A stretch of DNA of 64,000 bases from an uncultured Candidatus Rokubacteria bacterium (GTDB lineage: Bacteria; Methylomirabilota; Methylomirabilia; Rokubacteriales; DASRDR01), in NCBI GenBank assembly GCA_963708025.1, contig CAVPSB010000025.1, positions 32,001 through 96,000 on the forward strand, in the 5' to 3' direction. The stretch's first letter is position 1, and each line of letters begins with the position of its first letter. The notes under the pieces were generated by a model. It worked only from the letters and a program-made list of their open reading frames with translations. It was not told the origin of the DNA and searched no databases. Both the position numbers and the translations under genes were made by a program. Below are positions 60,054-64,000 of this stretch, one piece after another.

Positions 60054-61397
60054 ATGGCCCCGGCAAACGACGACGAGTATTTCCGGTGGACGGCCGAGCT
60101 CTTCGACCGGACGAAGATCTTCGACAAGCCTGACGCGCTGGCCGGCATCCGGGTCCTCGAGCTGACCACGCTGGTCCTGGGGCCGTCAACGGCCGACTTC
60201 CTCGGGGAGTTCGGTGCCGAGGTCATCAAGGTCGAGCTGCCCCCCAACGGCGACACCATGCGCTACGTGACGCCGCGGGGGACCTTCTGGAAGAACGCGT
60301 CGCTCGGCTTCTTCCCCGAGAACCACTCCAAGTACCACGTGGGCATCGACCTCCACAAGGAGGAGGGGAAGCGCCTCTTCAAGCAGCTCGCGGCCCGCGC
60401 CGACGTCTTCGTGGAGAACTTCCGGGCGGGGACGCTGGACCGGTGGGGGATCGGCTACCGCGACCTCTCGGCCCTCAACCCCGGCCTCGTCTACGTCGCC
60501 AACTCCGGCTTCGGCCAGTGGGGACCCTTCTCCCTCGGCCGCGCCTCCTACGACGCGGTCGCCCAGACCGTGTCCGGCATGATCGGGATCACGGGCTTCC
60601 CCGGCCGGCCCCCGATCACCTGCGGCATCTTCATCGGCGACTGGTTCGGCGCGATGCTGGCCGCCACCGCGACCCTGGTCGCCCTCCACCACCGCCGCCG
60701 CACCGGCCAGGGGCAGCTCATCGACTACGCGCAGTCCGAGGGGCTCATCCGCTCGCTCGACTGGACCTGGCTACTGCAGGGGCTGACCGGCGAGAGCCGC
60801 GGGCCGGCCGGCAATCGCGACCGGGCGCTCGGGGCCTCGGACATCGCGCGCTGCCGCGACGGCTTCGTCGCTGTCGCCGCCGTGACCGATACCGAGTTCC
60901 GGGGGCTCTGCGCGGCGATGGACGCGCCGGCGCTGGCCGACGACCCGCGCTTCGCCACGCTGGCCGCCCGGCTCGAGCCGTCCCACGGCGAGGCCATCCT
61001 GGCCCGGGTCCGGGCCTGGGCGGCCGAGCGGACGCGGGCCGACCTCGAGGCCCTCGGCGAGAAGCACGGGTTCGCGGCCGCCCGCGTGGCGAGCGCGGCC
61101 GACCGCTACCAGGACGCCCACCTGCGGGCCCGGGGGGCGGTCTGGGAGTACGAGGATCCGCTCTACGGCCCGATGGTCGAGCAGGGCCCGGCCCCGAAGC
61201 TCTCCGCGACCCCCGGGCGCATCCGGTGGGCCGCGCGGCCCGTCGGCTGGCACAACGAGCACGTGTTCCGGACGATCCTCGGGCTGGCGCCCTCGGAGAT
61301 CCAGGCGCTCGAGGCACGGGGCGCCGTCGGCCGCTGGGCCGACCGCGTCGGGGCGAAGCCGCCCGACGGGGTCGCGGTCGACCAGCCCGGCGTGTAG
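60054..61397 (+). CDS. Family III CoA-transferase B1
   Basis: LAGIRVLELT, FGAEVIKVE, ENFRAG, FIGDWFGA, TGQGQLID. Confidence 0.9.
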   Translation: MAPANDDEYFRWTAELFDRTKIFDKPDALAGIRVLELTTLVLGPSTADFLGEFGAEVIKVELPPNGDTMRYVTPRGTFWKNASLGFFPENHSKYHVGIDLHKEEGKRLFKQLAARADVFVENFRAGTLDRWGIGYRDLSALNPGLVYVANSGFGQWGPFSLGRASYDAVAQTVSGMIGITGFPGRPPITCGIFIGDWFGAMLAATATLVALHHRRRTGQGQLIDYAQSEGLIRSLDWTWLLQGLTGESRGPAGNRDRALGASDIARCRDGFVAVAAVTDTEFRGLCAAMDAPALADDPRFATLAARLEPSHGEAILARVRAWAAERTRADLEALGEKHGFAAARVASAADRYQDAHLRARGAVWEYEDPLYGPMVEQGPAPKLSATPGRIRWAARPVGWHNEHVFRTILGLAPSEIQALEARGAVGRWADRVGAKPPDGVAVDQPGV

Positions 61398-61406
61398 GGG
61401 CAGCCC

Positions 61407-62738
61407 ATGCCGCGACCCGATCCGGATCCGACGCTGCCCTGGTCGGAATACGCGAAGGCCCTCACCGATCCGGCCACCGCCCGCCAGCAGCCGGAGGCCC
61501 TCGACGACCTCCTCGTCCTCGACTGCTCGCAGGCGAACTTCGCCGGCCTCTTCGCGTCCTCGATCCTCGCCGAGTTCGGCGCCACCGTGATCCGGGTCGA
61601 GCCTCCCGCCGGCGATCCCGCCCGCCGTTTCTCGCCGGACGGGCTGATGCACGGCGACACCGGGCTGGCCTACCTGGTGGAGGGCCGCAACAAGCACCAC
61701 GTGACGCTGAACCTCGAGGACGCCGAGGGCCGCCTGCTCCTCCGTCGCCTGGCGGCCAAGGCCGACGTGCTGATCGAGACGGCCCGGCCGGGGCAGATGG
61801 ATGCCTGGGGGCTCGGCTACCGCCAGCTCGGCCAGCTCAACCCGCGCCTGGTCTACGTCGCCATCTCGACCTACGGGCAGTTCGGGCCGCGGGCGGCCTC
61901 GCCGATCCCCGACCACGACGTGACGAGCCAGGCGCTCTCCGGCGTCGCGTACATCACCGGCGAGCCGGAGGGACCGGAGGGCCCCCAGCCCCACGCGGTA
62001 CCGACGCGGCAGGGGTCGTGGGCCGGCTGGTACATCGGTGGCGGCTGGGCCGCGTTCGCCGCGCTGGCCGCGCTCACCTGGCGGGCCGCCTCCGGGCGCG
62101 GTCAGCTCTGCGACGTCTCGCCGGCGGAGGGCGAGATGCGCATGAGCGACTACGGGGTCCACTGGTACCACTCGCACCAGCAGGTGTGGGAGCGGACCGG
62201 CGCCTTCAACATCTCGGTCTTCCCGTACACGCTCGTCAAGACCCGGGACGGCTACTCGTTCATCGCTGGGTTCTCGGACGCGAACTGGACCGGCGTCACC
62301 AACATCATGGGACGCCCGGAGCTGAAGGACCGCTTCCCGAACGTCCGTGACCGCACGGCCGCCGACAAGCAGCCGGCGATCCACCAGGAGCTGGAAGCGT
62401 GGTCGGCCGGGCTGACCTCCCAGGAAGTGCTCGAGCGGGTCATGGACTACATGCTGAACAAGCGCGGTCCCGGCACGGTGGCCACCGCGCGGGTCAACAG
62501 TCCCCAGGACACCCTGGGGGAGTCGCACTGGTGGGAGCGGGGCGTCTTCCAGCGGGTCGAGGACCCGCACTACGGGACGCTCCTCCTCCAGGCGCCGCCC
62601 TGGAAGATGTCGCGGACCCCGCCCCGGCTCAAGTGGGCGTGCCGGCCGGTCGGCGCCGACAACGCCGCCGTCTATACCCGCCATCTCGGACTGTCACCGT
62701 CGGAGCTGACCGCGCTGCGCGCGCGCGGGATCGTCTAG
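61407..62738 (+). CDS. Family III CoA-transferase B2 (catalytic Asp apparently absent)
   Basis: LAEFGATVIRVEPP, RNKHHVTLNL, WAGWYIGG at the Asp position, SGRGQLCDVS. Confidence 0.88.
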   Translation: MPRPDPDPTLPWSEYAKALTDPATARQQPEALDDLLVLDCSQANFAGLFASSILAEFGATVIRVEPPAGDPARRFSPDGLMHGDTGLAYLVEGRNKHHVTLNLEDAEGRLLLRRLAAKADVLIETARPGQMDAWGLGYRQLGQLNPRLVYVAISTYGQFGPRAASPIPDHDVTSQALSGVAYITGEPEGPEGPQPHAVPTRQGSWAGWYIGGGWAAFAALAALTWRAASGRGQLCDVSPAEGEMRMSDYGVHWYHSHQQVWERTGAFNISVFPYTLVKTRDGYSFIAGFSDANWTGVTNIMGRPELKDRFPNVRDRTAADKQPAIHQELEAWSAGLTSQEVLERVMDYMLNKRGPGTVATARVNSPQDTLGESHWWERGVFQRVEDPHYGTLLLQAPPWKMSRTPPRLKWACRPVGADNAAVYTRHLGLSPSELTALRARGIV

Positions 62739-62753
62739 GAAAGGAGCCGTCGC

Positions 62754-63245
62754 ATGCTGACCATCGAGGACGTGGCCAAGCAGTCCCGGGAGGAGCGCCT
62801 CGGGCGGATGACGCACACCGCCGACCAGATCGCCCTGGCGATCGGCGGCCAGCCCGAGGCCGTGCTCGCCAAGCGCCCGGCCATGAAGGCCTGGGCGGGC
62901 AAGGAGGTGGTCTGCCACCTCCGGGACACCGAGGAGTCGTTCATGCTCCGGTTCCAGACGATCGCGGCCATGGACGATCCGAAGCTCCTGCCCGCCGACC
63001 CCGACCGCTGGGCCGACGAGCGCCAGTACTCGCGGAACGACGCGGTCGAGGCGCTGCACGCCTTCCGGCGTCGCCGGGAGGAGTCGCTGGTTTACCTGCG
63101 GAGCCTCGCCCCCCAGCAGTGGCAGCGCGGCGGCGTGCACCCGACTCGGGGGCGGATGAGCGTCGACGACCTCGTCACCCTGATGGCCTGGCACGACGAG
63201 AATCACCTCGAGCAGCTCAAGCGCGCCGTCCGCGGGGAAGCTTAG
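62754..63245 (+). CDS. DinB/YfiT-family protein
   Basis: W..KEVVCHLRDTE, MAWHDENHLEQL. Confidence 0.85.
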   Translation: MLTIEDVAKQSREERLGRMTHTADQIALAIGGQPEAVLAKRPAMKAWAGKEVVCHLRDTEESFMLRFQTIAAMDDPKLLPADPDRWADERQYSRNDAVEALHAFRRRREESLVYLRSLAPQQWQRGGVHPTRGRMSVDDLVTLMAWHDENHLEQLKRAVRGEA

Positions 63246-63302
63246 CGCGCCCAGCCCTACGGGCCCGATCCCCGACGCCACGTCTACCACCGTTATGGTA
63301 GT

Positions 63303-63602
63303 ATGGCTGACGTGGTCAAGGTGACATTCACGCTCGACGAGGCGACCGTCGATCAGCTCCGCCGTACAGCGGCCAGGGTGCGGAAGCCCCAGAGCCAGGT
63401 GGTGCGGGAGGCCATCGGGGAGTACGCCGCCCGCGCCGACAAGCTGAGCGAAGGCGAGCGTCAGCGCATGCTCGCGGCTCTCGACCGAGCGATCGGGCGA
63501 CCACCCAGCCGACCGGCCGCGGAGGTGGACGCGGAGCTGCGCGACATCCGCGCGGCCCGTCGCCGGTGGGGACGTCGCCGCCCAGCGAGCGCGCCTCGTT
63601 GA
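63303..63602 (+). CDS. Ribbon-helix-helix antitoxin
   Basis: KVTFTLDEAT..L...A.....QSQVVREAI..Y. Confidence 0.8.
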   Translation: MADVVKVTFTLDEATVDQLRRTAARVRKPQSQVVREAIGEYAARADKLSEGERQRMLAALDRAIGRPPSRPAAEVDAELRDIRAARRRWGRRRPASAPR

Positions 63603-63985
63603 TCCATCTCGACACGTCGGTGCTCGTGGACGCGCTGACCGGTGCACGACGCTCCGCACGCGCCCTCCGGCGGGTCATCGAGCAGGGCGAGCGCATCACG
63701 ATCTCGGCCCTGGTGCTGTACGAGTGGCTTCGAGGGCCGCGCGTCGAGACCGAGCTCGCGGACCAGGAGGAGCTCCTGCCGCGCGGGCAGGCGGTGCCCT
63801 TCGGTCCCGACGAGGCGGCTCTCGCGGCCCGGCTCTATAGCGCGGTGCCACGCGCCCGCCAGCGGGAGCTGGATCTCGCCGTCGCCGCCAGTGCGCTCAG
63901 CCACGAGGCGGCCCTCTGGACGCTGAACCCAGGAGACTTCCGCGACATCCCTGGTCTCACGCTCTACCGTGCGGAGTCCCGCTGA
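63599..63985 (+). CDS. PIN-domain toxin (VapC-like)
   Basis: IHLDTSVLVD, LYEWLRG, DLAVAASA, LWTLNPGDF; TTG start overlapping the antitoxin stop. Confidence 0.85.
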   Translation: MIHLDTSVLVDALTGARRSARALRRVIEQGERITISALVLYEWLRGPRVETELADQEELLPRGQAVPFGPDEAALAARLYSAVPRARQRELDLAVAASALSHEAALWTLNPGDFRDIPGLTLYRAESR

Positions 63986-64000
63986 GGTGTGGCTCACCGA

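Overview
High-GC bacterial chromosomal window. Gene content and repeat style suggest a Rokubacteria/Methylomirabilota-like metagenome assembly, which is an inference only. Bases 1-2.6 kb are a decayed IS patchwork (two IS21 remnants, an IS630 remnant and another transposase fragment) abutting the 3' end of a tRNA-Met, with an orphan tRNA-Asp 3' half. The rest is mainly housekeeping and metabolic: enoyl-CoA hydratase, A-type Fe-S carrier, moaD/E, tilS, HtrA, GT2/GT39 glycosyltransferases, an OM barrel-Pal fusion, a DHH phosphoesterase, aspA-like lyase, apgM, an rpiA-zwf-opcA-pgl-aldolase-glk operon, branched-chain and peptide ABC transporters, acetamidase, FNR and two toxin-antitoxin pairs. Notable items: (i) two tandem pairs of related family III CoA-transferases, one pair in an apparent operon with two Cys-rich unknown proteins and an aromatic-type CoA ligase, the other with the catalytic Asp replaced by Trp in one subunit; (ii) at least five families of short palindromic/MITE-like elements, mostly at stop codons, one showing compensatory base changes, plus a ~23-nt hairpin module shared between unrelated families; (iii) a ~72% Asp/Glu small protein with a strong promoter; (iv) a 50-56 kb patchwork with an orphan Cas6 fragment and an internally deleted DUF222-HNH gene. 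Many single-base frameshifts look like assembly artefacts in which two wobble alleles are written side by side.
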